Shown here in pieces: positions 1 to 15,000 of a stretch of DNA of 64,000 bases. The stretch spans positions 68,145 to 132,144 of the forward strand of contig NMRA01000365.1 in NCBI GenBank assembly GCA_002633005.1, in the 5' to 3' direction. Position numbers and translations under genes: made by a program. Within the stretch, counting starts at the first letter, position 1. Each line of letters starts with the position of its first letter. The notes below the pieces were generated by a model that ran no database searches, was not told where the DNA came from, and was given only the letters and a program-made list of their open reading frames with translations. This stretch comes from Phoronis australis (taxonomy: Eukaryota; Animalia; Phoronida).

Positions 1-3000
1 TTCATGTGTACAGACTATGATCGGGCTAACCATAGACTTCTGAGGTGCAAAGAAGATTGGCAGACTAACTTGATACAATTCTACCAACCGGAGCATGTTA
101 TTCAGGTATCAGTTAGTCGGTCAATTTTGGAGGATAAAAATGAATACTGAGAACCTAAGTCAGCGAATGAAGAAGAAATTTGCTGATCGCAAACAGATTC
201 TTAATAACCGTTGAATGCATGTTTTAACATCAATTGCCATTTTCAGAGATATGTTCATATTGCGTCTTCATCTTTAAAGATGTATTTGCATGCTCCTAAC
301 TATGCTAGTGTACAGCAGGAACTAAACAACAATGCTATTTGAACATCATCTATGCTGAACAAAGTACAATCTATGGTATTCATTGACAAATTGTAAATGT
401 GAAAAAAATTCTGCAAATAGATGCATGACCTTTGCACTCATGGCATACCTTGGGGGGTGACAATTAACTGGCATCATGCAGTGTTATTCCTCAACACCAC
501 CTCATGATACTTACTGGACACGGTTCAGTGATTTGTGGCAGATCATTTTCAACACAAAACTCGTTTTTAAAAACATTTGGCAATTTTCAACCTACTTCAT
601 ATTCACATTGTCACTATATATTGTGTTTTTATCTAATTTGACCAAGCAGTCACAGAGATAAGGGATTAGCGTGCAAGTTCCACTTTTCAATGTTTAAAAA
701 CATTTCTTTGCCGCACTGAAGATGTGAATTCAGTTCTCTAAAAGTGAGAAAGGAAAAAAAAAATGATTGGACTTCACTTTAAATCACAGTCCTGAGTATT
801 GAACTACACAAGTTCAGCAATAAGTTCTATGTGATTAGTACCGTCACTGTTTCGTCACAAAATAAAAATAAACACAACAGTCACTGACAGGCTGATTATG
901 TGTGTCATTCATCATTTTGTTTTTTGAAAATGGTATTTACAGGCACTTTAACTTTCAAAGGACTTATTTGATCAACATTCCTCTCTCCTTTGATAGTGTT
1001 CTGAAAATTAAATTATATTTAATTAAAGGGGTATGAAATGATGCAAATAAAATACGCTTACGATCAGTAAATTTTCTTATATGAAAGCCACAAATGTGTG
1101 AAATGGGAAAATGTAGATGACACACAAGAAGACAATGGATTATGTAATGTAACACTAAAGAACAAGTATTGATAAGTTATTTTTTGATTTTAACATATTG
1201 TGTAGTTTTTTCATGTTCTCTAGTTCACAACATTGACCCATAATACCTTCATATTGACCATTGCTATGATAACGTCACTTCAGTCCCTTTTAAAGTTTTA
1301 TTGTGAAGTAATGGCTATGCTCTTTGGATTCGATTCCAGAATCTTCTTGTTTGCAAACCCTTGCTTTACCATGGCATCACCATCATGGCACTGAACTTTA
1401 AAGTTTTTTTATGTCATCTGGATTCTGACAACACTTATTTTTAGATAGCCATCAAATATAAACCACACAGGGAATTTACACCTCCACCAAGTTACTACAG
1501 TTGCCTCTTGTTAAATTGCACAAAAGAAGTGTTTTTAAAGGCAAACATTCATTGGCCTTCAATACACGTTATTTTCATGAACCTGAACAAGTACACATGG
1601 AGCGTACTGACATGTAGCTAGCAACTGTATTGATGTAAACCAATGACGTTTGTGTATTGTTTTGCATTAAAAATTTTGTATCACTATAAAAATAATGTAA
1701 TTGATTTTTCCTTTGTTTATTCCAAGCATCTGGAATTTTTTTAAAACAACTGTAACAGGGCTTGATAAAAACTGCATGTAGTTTTCCAAAATTATTTATT
1801 CGCAGAGTTCAACCCTGTAACAATAAAACAATGTTTACAATACAACAGAACCAGGTTGAAACACAGTATTATGATGAACACAATCATGCAACGTTATTTG
1901 TCCAGAGAAACACTTCATTAGCAATTCATCAATTTGCACATTGCACATGGATAAACAAAAATTGGGAAACCCCTACTAAATCGATGTGAGTCAGATTCTC
2001 TCTGGCTGACTAGATTAGATTCTCACTTAACTAAAATGGCAGCACAAGCTCAGATCCACAACCTTGATACACTGCAGAAACTATAATACAGTCAAAAGCA
2101 GGTCAGGCTCAATACCACTGTTAGGTAGAATATAGAACCAGTTTAAACCAGTCACCAACACATTTTCTATTTGGCATTAGCACCCAACACAACACCCTAA
2201 ACTTACCAGCGATGACCAATAGCCTAATGGTGAACCACCCACACTCCCAATCTCTACAACCCTGGTTCGAATCCCGTATTTTTTATTTTAATTTCCAAAG
2301 TATATGAAATACATCGCTATTAAAAAACGTTTGGTAAAAAACTACTTGTTGAATTACAGAATAAATGATCAACATGAAATCAGAAAACCAAATATAGCTG
2401 CCACCATCCATGAGTTACATGGCAGATGTATTTATTAATAATTGACTTTCACTCTTGGTCAATGCGTTAATTTTCAGACCCCAGTAATTATCTTATTTTT
2501 GGGGTCTGTAAACGTACTGACCTTGGCGAAAGTCACTAATTGTACTATAGATGACTGACCTGCGAACATGAATGGACCTGCGACATACACAATGAATGAC
2601 AACTGAACAGAAGTGACGTCAATGAGGAAAATATAAGGTTGTATGTGTACAATTTGAGAATAGAAATAAAAAATGAATACAATTGATGAAAAGGATTATT
2701 AAAGTAAAAAAGCAATACAAAAACAAAACAAGGGGTTAGAATAAAGGATAACGAGTGAGTGATATAAAAATAAGAATGGAGGAAGTAGAGAATAAACGTG
2801 TTTGTGTTTAATGACAGATTTTATATTTTATTTATTAAAATAATGTGATGTATATGAGACCTTTGATGTGAGTTCCAAATCTGACGATCATTTTGGCCTC
2901 GAAATTTCCTGCAAAGATTGGTGTCAATTACTCTCTTTCTGTTCATTCCTTTTTGTGTCGCCATTAAATTTAATTTTTGTTTTAATAAATTGAGAAATCT

Positions 3001-6000
3001 TTTTACTTGTTGCCTAATACACATGATATATTTTAGTTGCCAACGGGAGAGTTCACCAAACGACCAATCAGAGTGTTGTCGCTGTTTGATGGCATTAGCA
3101 CAGGTTTGTGATTTTCGAAATTTTCACTGTCTAACTTTAATATATGTTCGTATAGTGGTGTCATCTCTGTCTGATGTCTGGCATCCATTGCTCTACCCCT
3201 TGAAGGATCTCCATGAAAGTTGGGTGGTGTGTTTTTATGGAGATGGCGATGGATGAGGATGACTATCAGGTGCATGCAACTACCATTGCACCCCCCCTAA
3301 TGGCAGTTTTAGTATTTAAGGTTTGCGACAGTGTATCCGAGTTAGTTTTTATATTTTACAAATGGGTTTCCGTTAAGGAGTTCTTGACGCCTTCCCATTT
3401 TGAATGGATTTGACATATTCTGTAATTTGTGTTTTCCTCTGTATTTTCCTATTTATCTTCAAGAGTTCCTTCAGAGATTTTCTTGAATATTGGCAGTTAG
3501 GTTTCTATTACGTAGACAACAACCCATTTCTATTTTTAGACAGATTCAATGCTTTGTGCTGCACAGAGTGGCCTAGTGACAATTTTGTGTTTTTTTGCAT
3601 CCATAGCTGTATGTCTTTTACCCCTTGCAGGATCTTAGTGAAATTTGGCAAGTGTATTCCTACAAATTTGGTAATGGATGATGACTTCTTTCGAGCGGAT
3701 CCAACCAGTGGTGTACCTCCTAAGTGGCAATTTTATTTTCTTGCATTTGCCTCTGTGGTTTTGTAGTTTCTTGATGGATTTTTATGAAATTAGGCTGATA
3801 TGTTTATTTGGGAACTGACGAGGCCTTCCCATTTCAGGCAAGTTAGACAGTCTGCATCATCTAGTGGTCATCTTTATGGTACTAATAAACACTCCTAGAA
3901 GCAAACCATTTGTGGTGCTGCCTCGAGTGCATTTCAATGCTCATCGTTGCTCTTGTTCGTTAATTTTGTGTCATTTATGACTTCATTTAAACCTGAAATA
4001 TTGGTACCAATCAGTGTTATGACTCAATTTACTAAGTGAAGCACCACATCATTTAGGTGTTCTTTATTCACCAGTGCATGGTTTGTATTGATTATAGACT
4101 GATTGAACTTTCACCAAATTTGGTTTAAATGACATGAAATTTTGCAGTTATTTCAAATTGTTGGTCAAGTTATTTCTATTTATTACTGATTGATTGTTTT
4201 CTGTGTAGTTTCATTTTACTAAAAATCGCTAATTTTAAATATTGATGAACATTAGTTATGAATACCTCTTACAACTATGCATTTTACAGATTAAAAGTTT
4301 CAAATTTTAAACGTGTTAATAATTTCCTTGTTTTCTACAACTAAGGTCGACATGTATTGGAGAAGCTGTCCATTGATGTTGAGGTGTATTATTCATGTGA
4401 AATTGACGATGATGCTCTCCAAGTGAGCAAGGTGCGCTATCCTGAGAACCAATGCCTTGGTGACATAACACTGATTGACAGGTCAAAGGTGAGGATAATG
4501 TATCACCAATAACAGTAGACTCATTCTTTTTTTTAATAATGGTATTTACCGTTTGTACATTTAGTAAAAAATTGTATATTTTGCATCAGCGCATGGCCAT
4601 AAATTTGCTGAATCCTATTTTAATAGTATGTTTTAAATTAGTTGGAATTGAAACTGTACATGATTTTATTAGTTTTCACAAATTTTTAATTTTTTAATTT
4701 TCACAAACACGTTAAGGTCTTTGGCATTTGATTAACAATTTTTGGAAACACTGATTACATTTTTTGTTATCTTTAGGGATTGTAAGGACCTGTGATTTGA
4801 TTTGAGTCAAGTTTAAATTTCTCTTATAGGCTCAAGTGGATCATTCTTTTACTGCTGCATGTCTTGCAAAAATTGTTTTTGAAAATATTTTTTTCACTAC
4901 CTAGCATTTTTGTTTAATAATTAGCTAGTTTTAAATTGAAAAAATGTAAAAATTACCTGCAATCTTCCTATCCATTTTAGGAATATATTAAACTTTGTCC
5001 CAGCTGGTTTTATTCAAATGTTTTGTATATTATACATTTGTTGTACCAGCATCATCTATACTGTACGTTTGTTAAAAATGTCGCTCTTTGGGCTGTGAAG
5101 AAATTGGTTTTGTGGTCCCTCTTTGCTTGAACTTAAATTGAATTCAGATCTAATCAATTCTCGACTAGTTCTTTAATAAAGGTTATAGAGTCATTTGCGA
5201 GTCATGGGGCATGCAAGTAAACTTGAAGAAAACCAAGGGGATTTTTTTCAGACATGGCGGTCCCCCTAGACGATATGAGAAATGGTTTTACGGTGGAACG
5301 TTGGTCGATGTGGTGTCTCATTACAAACACCTTGGACTGTTTATTACCCCAAAGTTTCGTGGACCAAAGCCATTAAAACCTTATCTAATGAAGCAAATAA
5401 AGCTGCCTCTGCAATTTGTAAATTAAAGCGAAGATGTTGTGATCTACCTCCATCAATAGCCTTTCACTTGTTCGATAAAATAATGATGTGTTATGGCGCT
5501 TAGATATGGGGCTTTATACGATATGAACAATTGGAAAATGTACATATAAAGTTTTGTAAACGCATTTTAGGAGTAGGCAGTTATTATTCAAACTCTGCAA
5601 TTATGGGAGAATGTGGTCGATTCTCATGGTGTACTAAATATTTTGTATCCTGCATATTAAATATTGGTTCAAAATACTGGTGATGCCTAATAATCATGGG
5701 GTAAAGGCAGCATATGATATGCTTTTTCAGTCAGACCTGATTGGAAGATTTTATAATTCTGCAAATGTTGTAAGGAAACTTCTGTCTGTATATGGTTTTT
5801 CAGGTGTATGGATTAATCAGGGTGTGGTGAACCAAGCATATTTCTTGTCAGTTTTATTCAGTGACTTATTTGCAAATCTGGCAATCTGATATCGAGTGTA
5901 ACGCAAAACTGCCTTACAATGTGTGGTTTAAAGGTTTAAAACAATGTATTTATGTTCAAAATATGTCCCGAAAATAATAGGTGCGTCGCAAGCTCCGTTT

Positions 6001-9000
6001 CCAGAGATACTGATAAGGTACAGAAATATGAGTGTACTAATAACATAAAGATAAAATAATAATCTCTGGAAAGATGGGCAATAAAAAAGCGCCAGCACTC
6101 AGGTAAGAGGAACCACCGAAAGGAGATGGTGGCAGAGGGTGGGAAAAATGAAAGAGAGATTTTAGACTCGAACCTAAGTGCTGCTAAAGCGAAGTACTGA
6201 TGGCAGGAAATATAACTTTACTGAGAACAAAGGAGCCCTATGACACGTGACAATCATCAGCCTACGGGAGCCAGGAGCTGACCAAACTCGTGGCAGTAAC
6301 ACAAACGAACCAATAGTGAGGCTGGAAGTGGAATGTTCTAGTGCCTCGAGGGCAGAAAGACCGCATGCGAATCTACACAAGGGATTAATGGACCAGTCCG
6401 AAAGATGGGGGTATAAGTGGGACGAGTCCATATTCTCACATAAATATATCTAACGAGTGAAATATCATTGTTTAGTGAATTATTTTGAAATAGTTGGTAT
6501 CCCGCGTGTTTCATCCAGTCTCTGACTCGATTGCAATGCTCAAATCATTCGTTACTAGTGGAAAGAGGTCGCCACACAAATATTGCATATGAAAACAGGT
6601 TGTGTGAGGTATGTAATTCGGGATGTGTAGAACACAAATACCTGACACTGTGTTATTTTGCAGTGCGTACCAAGACCTTCAGGTCAAGTACTTAAGTGAT
6701 CGTTTTTGTCATTCTCCCACGACATCTAAATTTAATTCTCTCATGAGAACTCGGGATATCCTACTTCTAAAATTCGTCCATCATGCTCTCAAGCGTCACA
6801 ATTTATTATCCAGTTTGTGTCTTGTACATGTTATACATTGGGTCTATGGCCATATTATATTTCAGTAAAGATCATTAAATACGAAAAGCAACATCTTAAG
6901 TATTTAAGTGTGTGACAAATTCTCACAAAGTTGACAGGCTGCAAACAGTGTTATTAATGAATTTTTATGGAATCGTGTTTACGATGCATGTCAATACACC
7001 TTTCTCTAAGTTCAATTATATCTATTCATCCTCATTAATATTTCGGGAATACCAGCCATTTTCGTCCAAGTCATGGAGATTGACATTGCGTTACTATGGG
7101 CAGGCATTTTGAGATGTTTGAATCAATATTTGATAGTGGTGATATAGTATTTGGTGAATAACAGCAACCTTTACAAATTGTCTTGTGATTTGCAGCTCAA
7201 GGAAATTGGTCCAATTGACTTGGTACTGGGGGCTTCACCTTGCAATGACTTGTCTCTGGCTAACCCATTGAGGAAGGGTATTTTTGGTATGTTACTAAGA
7301 ATTGGCTTAAGCCAGTTTAATGTTTGAAAGCTCTTGCATCAATGAGCATTTGCTGCCAACTTACTCAACTGTTATACACAATTGAGCATAGATTGTATTG
7401 AGATTTTAATTTAAAACCTATTATATCATATTTTCTTACCTGAAGACGAGTTTCTGTCAGATTGTTCATAAAAATTATTCATAAACCCAATGTGAAGACG
7501 ATTTTTTACTTTCAGGTAAAATGTTCTAGGAAAAGTAAGCGTGTTTTGTAATTTTGTAAGGAAACGTTCTTCAATTTCCTTCTGCCATGTTTTAAGATAT
7601 GACCATTGCATGCCTACAACATATAGACTAGTACATGGCAACGAATGAAAAAGTCTGTACATTTTCTTGAAGATGACAGGCAGACTTGAAAACTTCCTTC
7701 ACAAAGAACCTGTTCCATAAAAGGGCTCTCGTGAGTTAAGCTCAGTCGTTATGTGCAATGGGGCCAACCATAAGGCTTGTCTGATCCAGCGCAAATTACA
7801 CAAGACCGCATGCACTATTTTTCTTAAAGTATGTGTCTATGGTAGGGTTTAAAAAAGAAATATGGGTTATTAATCTACTTTATGGCAATTACTCAAACAT
7901 ACATGGTTTATGCCATATAAAATCAGCATTATGTTCAAAACAGTTTGCAGTGTTTAACTTGTTAAAAAAATATTAAATTATTCACACCATACTCATAACT
8001 AACCGTTAACATTTAACTAAACATTAAACTTTTCTTGAAGTATTTTTTCAACTTGGACAATGTAGGCAACATTTTTAATCCCTCAGGAATTTTTAATTTT
8101 GTTTTATTTAGTATGTTTAAAAATGTGTAAATACTGGTCAAATTATACTTCCATGTTATGGTTTAGGTGGGAGTGGATTACTGTTCTTTGAGTTCTACAG
8201 AGTTCTGACTGAGGTTCAACTTTTAAACCAAGATCACCATGTGTTTTGGTTGTTTGAGAATGTAAAAACCATGATGTCAGAGGCTAAAACCACCATTTCC
8301 AGGTTTCTCAAGGTAAGGGGCAATGTGTTACATACTATTATGTAATACAGTGTCAATGAAAATTCATGTCTGGCATGCGTTATATAGATGGAGTACAAAT
8401 TTTTAACAAAATGCATTACTTAAATGTAATTATCTTTTCTGTGTTCTTTCCCCAGTGTTGACATTACTCAAACGGTTTTATTTTGTGTTTATGTTGCTAG
8501 TTTACACTCTCTTATTAGTGTTTATTCTTTTTATATCGTCACATTCTGTTATTCAGTGCGAACCTGCTAACTGGGATGCCAAGATGTTCTCTGCGCAGAA
8601 GCGAGCTCGCTATTTCTGGGGAAACGTCCCTGGAATGTACTGGTATGTTCACAAACAAATGATATACCTATGAGGTCAACAGGCTGGTGTTGGCCCGTTG
8701 CTGAATAACTTAATTCACTTGCAATTTTTACCAGCCAAAACGTGAATGAGGAAAGATCTATATGCTCATAATTTTTGATCCGACTATTTTCCCTTTCTGT
8801 TCATCATAACATTGTATAATCTATGAAGTTACTAGTTAGTCCACTTTGCTAATGCTAGCTGCACATAATCTGACAAGCCGGGCTTGTCTATGGCTGCATA
8901 ATGCCGCTTTGCTGCCCATAGTACTGTGTTCTGGGTACCACTCTAACACTGGAGCCAACTTCTTGTTCATCGACTGATGTGTCACATGTCCAGTTATACC

Positions 9001-12000
9001 ATTGTGTAGGGATATGGCACTATCACGATAGGAATTATTATTAGAAATACAGTCTCATCACATTGTCTTACATTTCAGAGGTCTTTGGTATGATTACCAT
9101 TCAGGTGACCAAGAGGGTAGTCAACATGGTTGAAACAAAATCATGTGTATGGATTAATTGGTGCACATCCTATGAGACGTGAGCAGTCGAACACAATTCC
9201 TCCGCACATGGTGCGGCTTTGGCTACATGGCAAAAATTAGCAATGGAAGTTTGTAGCGGGAGACCTAGCCAATGCAACAATGCCCAACTCACATTTTGGC
9301 ACTTAATTGCTGAGCGCTGATTAGGCACCACTGGTGCTGCTTTATGTGTGGTTAAAGCATAAAATGAATTCAATTTCACAAGGTATACTTTGTTTCAGCC
9401 CTCCTGAACTGTCTCAGATGCAGCAGTCTATGACCTTGGAGAATGTTTTGACGAAAGACTGCAATCGAACTGCAAATGTAGGTCTATACTTATCTACAGT
9501 ACATTTTTTTTTCTATTCAGACGTGGATGCTGAAATTGTGAGTTTTGATGCCAGGATTTACTAAGTGATTCTCGATATTATAGAAAAATACATGTTATGC
9601 TAATGTGAAGCCATTCTAAACTCAAGGTGTTCTAATTTATGAATGGAAAGGATAAAACTTATTATTTCTCCTTAGGTCAACAAGCTAAGAACAGTGACAA
9701 CGAGGCCAAACTCACTGAAACAAGGCAAGAACGATGAGCTCTTTCCTGTCAAAATGAATGGTCAAGACAATGCTTTATGGATTCAAGAACTGGAACGGTG
9801 GGTAACTAAGTTTGGACAGTGTTAAGTTTTAGTTCAGTGTTTTGTGCACCGTGCTCCTTGAACAGACTTCTGAGATGTCGCTCTCTGATGGTGTGCCCGC
9901 ATAGAGCCTGTATGTATGCGTCGACGTCTTGATTGCGTGATTAGGGATGGTATGAGTTCAATTGGTGCATGTTTGGTCTGTCTGCACTTGCATTACAGCT
10001 ATTATTTTGATGAAATTTAGCACATGTATGGTTCCTTTTGATATCTTGAAGTAGGGTTTCTACACAATTTCTTGCCCATTCCAATGACATCTTGTCTGTA
10101 AAGCTGTAACTGTTTTGGGTCATGAAAAGAATCCTACATTGACACTCCCACCAGTAGAAGTTGGGCAACTTGTCTGGTTTGTGTACCTCGGAATCTGCCG
10201 CAGTGGTGAAAGACACCACCTAAAACTTTTTTACAGTGTCGCCATATTATGATTCTCGTCAATTCTACTGTATGTGCAACACAGTTGGGTCAATACCAAA
10301 CCAGCAGGTAGCAATTGAATTTTGAGGTAGGACAAATGTCATCGCTCAATTCTCGGCATGTTGGTAAATATTATGGATACCATTTGCGTTACAACTTTTT
10401 CTCGTTCAGCGTTACTCTTTACAACAACTTAGTAGTCCTGTTCTCAAAACCATATGACTGATTAACTTCACCAGGCTTGATAAGACTATATGCACTTTGG
10501 CGGCTGCACTCCATGGAACTTTGTTTTGTTTTGGTAACTTGTTAGAAGTGTGGTAGATAATTATAGAGAAAGTTATAATGGGAAGAATTTATTGAACTTT
10601 GGGTGGCTCATTTGTTTTTAATTTCATTTCTGATATTTCTAACAAGAGCAAGTCCTGAAGGGTTGTGTTGTATGAACTGTACAAGTTTCTGTCAGTTACT
10701 TTAAGCATTGCTTGATAATTTTTTAAAATTATTTGTGGATGGCTGTAATGTATTGTGACAAATGTCATGTGTGCAGTGAAGTCTAGTGGTCAAACATGGT
10801 GCAAATTGTCTGTCATGGTTTGATGTGCTAATCTTCCTTTCAAAAACAACAATTACTATATGCGCATGCTAGGAAATAAATTCTCTCTCATTCAACTGAG
10901 TGGCAACTTGTATGTAAACATAAACCAAACAAGGACCAGTAGCGAGTTAAGGTCAACTATGAACCATAAAGGTAGCAAAAAGCTTAATTCTCAGCCTATT
11001 ATATTAGTGAAGCTTTATCAAACATGCCGACCTCACCGGCTCCACGTGATCAAAGTGAGATATCTGAACACATATTGAAAGAAATGCAAGATCTAAAGAC
11101 TGCACAAGATGGAGTTAGAATCCAAAATGGATAAAATATGCAATGAGATTACAAATTCCATTGATATGAAGCAAAAATCCTTCAAGGCGGATATTGATAT
11201 GGATTTTGCACGTCTCTAGAACAGTGTCAGCGTGTTGGAGAAGCATTACACGCATGGTTCAGATTCAGTCATTCAGAATGACCCTTTGAAAAATAATGAC
11301 TTGACATGTGTAGTATTGCGTCAGGCATAGGTAACTGAACCCGACCTTCACCTGAAGTCATGGAAGAACTGTTATGTAGCCTGGAGCTGTCTTCAGAGGT
11401 GACCTATCTGGACTGTATCCCTGGACTGAATGCTTGACGGGGATACTAGACCTCCCTTGGTCAAATTAGCTGTTGAGTCACTAGCTCAAAAAATTCTAGT
11501 TCAGCGGAACAAGCCAAAATTAAAGAGCACGCCTTTATTTCGACAATTTTTTCTTCATGGAAGCAAATCTCACACCGAAAGGGTAATTGAAAATAAACTT
11601 CCAAACAATCATTGAAACTTTGTTAAACAACAAGGAATTCAAGATTTGCTGAAATGGTCGAATTGTGAGAGCTAGTGGACACAGGTGAGGAAGCTGACTC
11701 GGAAAAGAATTTGTGATGCGGAATAAGACAGCGTTTTCAGGATTTTCATGGCCAGTGTCGGTGGTTAGACTAGCAACAATTCATTACTCCCTGTACAATT
11801 GCTGTCTTCATTCAATGCCTACATTATAGGGGTGGTAGAATCTAATTTACATGCAAATAAATCTATTTACTTTGCCCGGCTATTTTTGGTACGGGCACAA
11901 TAGGCAGCTTATAAACAAGCGGACCCCAAGAGGTTCAGGTGGGTGTTAAGAATGATTTTTTAAAAACATTTAAAATTGATATAAGTTGTGTGGTGGTATA

Positions 12001-15000
12001 TTAGCTTTAAGACTAACTCAGATACGCTCACATTATTGTATAATTGTATTTTGTAGCTATTTACCACCTGAGAATTCATCAAGGGGTTGTGATGCGGATG
12101 GTTTTTATAGCCATCTATTATGCCAGTTATATTTAAACGCAGGTATAGCAGATGACGTTATTATTTGTGGAGATTTAAACTCGAGAGTGGGTAACTCGAA
12201 TGATTACATTCCAGATGTTGATTGTTAAGTAAAAAAACGAGTTGTCATTGATAAAGCTGTAAATAGTCATGGTATAAGAATGATTGACTTTTTGTTCGGC
12301 TCTAAAACTTGCATGGTGAATGGTATGAAAAAGATAAGTAAGATAATTTCACATCTATAAGTCATAGAGGAAGAGCGGTTGTAGATTACTTTATTGTCCC
12401 CCATGAGTCGCTTCAGTCTTGTCTTAAATTTGAGGTCCATGCTTGTACAGAGGTAGATGATAAATAACTGTTTACATGGGTTATTGTCGGAACAGTCAGA
12501 ACTGCCTGACCACAGTGTGTTATTGTTAGAAATTATGCTACATGTTCCGGTGAATATCAGTGAAGAAAGTGTAGCGGATCACGGTACGGGTAACTCTTTT
12601 GATATGTGATTTAGATAGCAGTTCAAATTAAATTCTATGCCAAGTGAATTCATTGATAATAAGATTGTTGGAAGGGCCATTGGAGAGTTGCTTTTAATAT
12701 TAGAAAGTAAGTGTCAAAAACAATATGAAGTCGATGAGATTTATAACTCCCACTGTAAAATCATAAAAAACAGAAATGGAATTGCATTGATGATGTTCTC
12801 AAAGTTGTAATAAAAATCTGAAGAAAAAGATTTAAAGCAAATGACGAAGGGAGCGACTCTACACAAGAACTCTAGATATTATTTTGACAAAAGGTCCAGG
12901 TTTTTAAAAAGACAGTATTTGAAAAATAAATTAACGCTGATTGAAGAGTCATGTGAAAATGATTCCAACGTTGTTTGGACGGAACTCAAGAACTTGGGCC
13001 TCAACTCAAGAAGAGACATGAAAATACTATTCCCTCGGAAAGATGGGAGGCCGATTTTAGAGATTTGTTTGTGAAAATTCCAATGCAAAACAATGTTCTG
13101 AACTCTCAGGTATGTTAAACAAATACTGAAAAAATTATTTGTTTTTTGAAGTCTATTCTGTTATTCGCAAATTAAAATCGGGTAAGGCCACTGGTATCGA
13201 CATTATCCTATACAAAGTGCTGAGATCCCCACAGATGGTTAATATTTTGGTCTCGCTCTTTCAGAAGGTCTTTGGCACTGGATTTATTCCATCATTATGG
13301 TATAAAGGGATTGTCACCTCTATACCTAAAGGATCAGATAGGGATTTGAGTTTACTTTCCAACTATAGAGGCATAAGTCACTCTGCTTTCTACCGTGAGT
13401 AAAGTGTATTGTAATGCACTAAACAGCAGATTAACCAAGTTTTTGGATGTCGAACACTTTTCTTGTAGGAAATAGAATAGTCTGTAATGGACCAACGTTT
13501 GCGATATTCGTCTATGGAATGGGTGTTTGATAATTCAGATAAAAACTTTTTATCTGAAAAATTAATTAATTTAGGAGTCAGGTTGAGAAATTCTATCGTG
13601 TAGTAAAATCACTGTATGTGCAGACAGAAGCCTGTGTACAATTAGGTCAGTCAAGTTATAGCAACTGGTTTCCAGTACAAAGAAGGGTCAGGCTGGGAGA
13701 TCCATTGTCGTCTACATTGTTTTCAATTTTTGTAATTAATGATTTGAACACTTGTAGCAAAGGTATCAATTTTGGTGGATATAATTTATCCTGTCTCTTG
13801 TTTGCAGATGACATTGTGATTTTTTCTGGTAATGAGATCTATTTACACTCAGGTGGAAAATGTTTGTTAATTTTTTCAAAACTGATGTTGTTTATTTTCG
13901 TTAGAGGGAACATGTAACAGTGAGCTTTGAATTCATTTTTGTGCAATCGCACTGAATTTAAGAGAATGTTACAAGTATCTAGGTGTGCAATCGCACTGTG
14001 AATTTAAGAAAATGTTACAAGTATCTAGGTGTGTGATCGCACTGTGAATTTAAGAGAATGTTACAAGTATCTAGGTGTGCAATCGCACTGTGACTTTAAG
14101 AGAATGTTACAAGTATCTAGGTGTGCAATCGCACTGTGAATTTAAGAGAATGTTACAAGTATCTAGGTGTGTGATCGCACTGTGAGTTTAAGAGAATGTT
14201 ACAAGTATCTAGGTTTGTGATCGCACTGTGAACTTAAGAGAATGTTACAAGTATCTAGGTGAAACACTGAAAGAGTTTATGGACTTCAGTTTGACAGCTG
14301 AGATACTGGCAGACTTTACATCCAGAACATTGGAGCACTGGTGAGCAAGTATTTAACATATTGGTAACATGGGTTTCAACAGTTACAGTTAATGTTTTGA
14401 AAAGTCTGTAGCTTCAATTCTAGAATTCTTTGATTGTGAAAAAAAAATATATTACACTTTTTTACATGGGGTTCTGCCTTATCTCAAATATTCCAAACTT
14501 GAAAGATCTAGTAAAATTCATCCATGACGCTTTGCAGGTTAGAATTCTTTAATGTAAAGTCGTCCTAAGCTGTAGGATTTGAGTGTGTGCATTATGTTAT
14601 GGTTTAATTGTTATTAGGTGACTGAGTAAGCGCACTGAGGCTGGGGTGTGAGGTGAATATTTGAGATTATGTATTTACTGGCTCACTTAAGTCACTATGA
14701 TAAATAAATAATACTGGTAAATACTATAGCTACACGTTGTTTTCACTTCCTGAGCGTGCCACTATCATGTTAGCTGCAAAATAATAATAATGATTCTTCT
14801 CTTGTGAAGCAGACAAAATTCAGGCTTTTCAGATGTGGCTCGAGTTTTTATAAACGTTGCTCAGCTTTTCAAACATGGTTCAAGATTTCTAGACAAACTT
14901 TGTTGCTTTACTTCGTGGGAGCCCACAAGAAAAAACTTTATCCTGATCTCGCGTTCTTTTTTCCAGTGTATTTGGATTCCCTGACCACTACACGGACGTT

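Noticed and set aside
3110-4100. Coding-looking minus-strand stretch in a DNMT3 intron
   Set aside because: All frames contain multiple stops and I could not match a family motif; possibly an old element.
13941-14260. Regularly spaced repeats resembling a CRISPR array
   Set aside because: The units are contiguous with no unique spacers, they derive from a LINE coding motif, and the context is eukaryotic.
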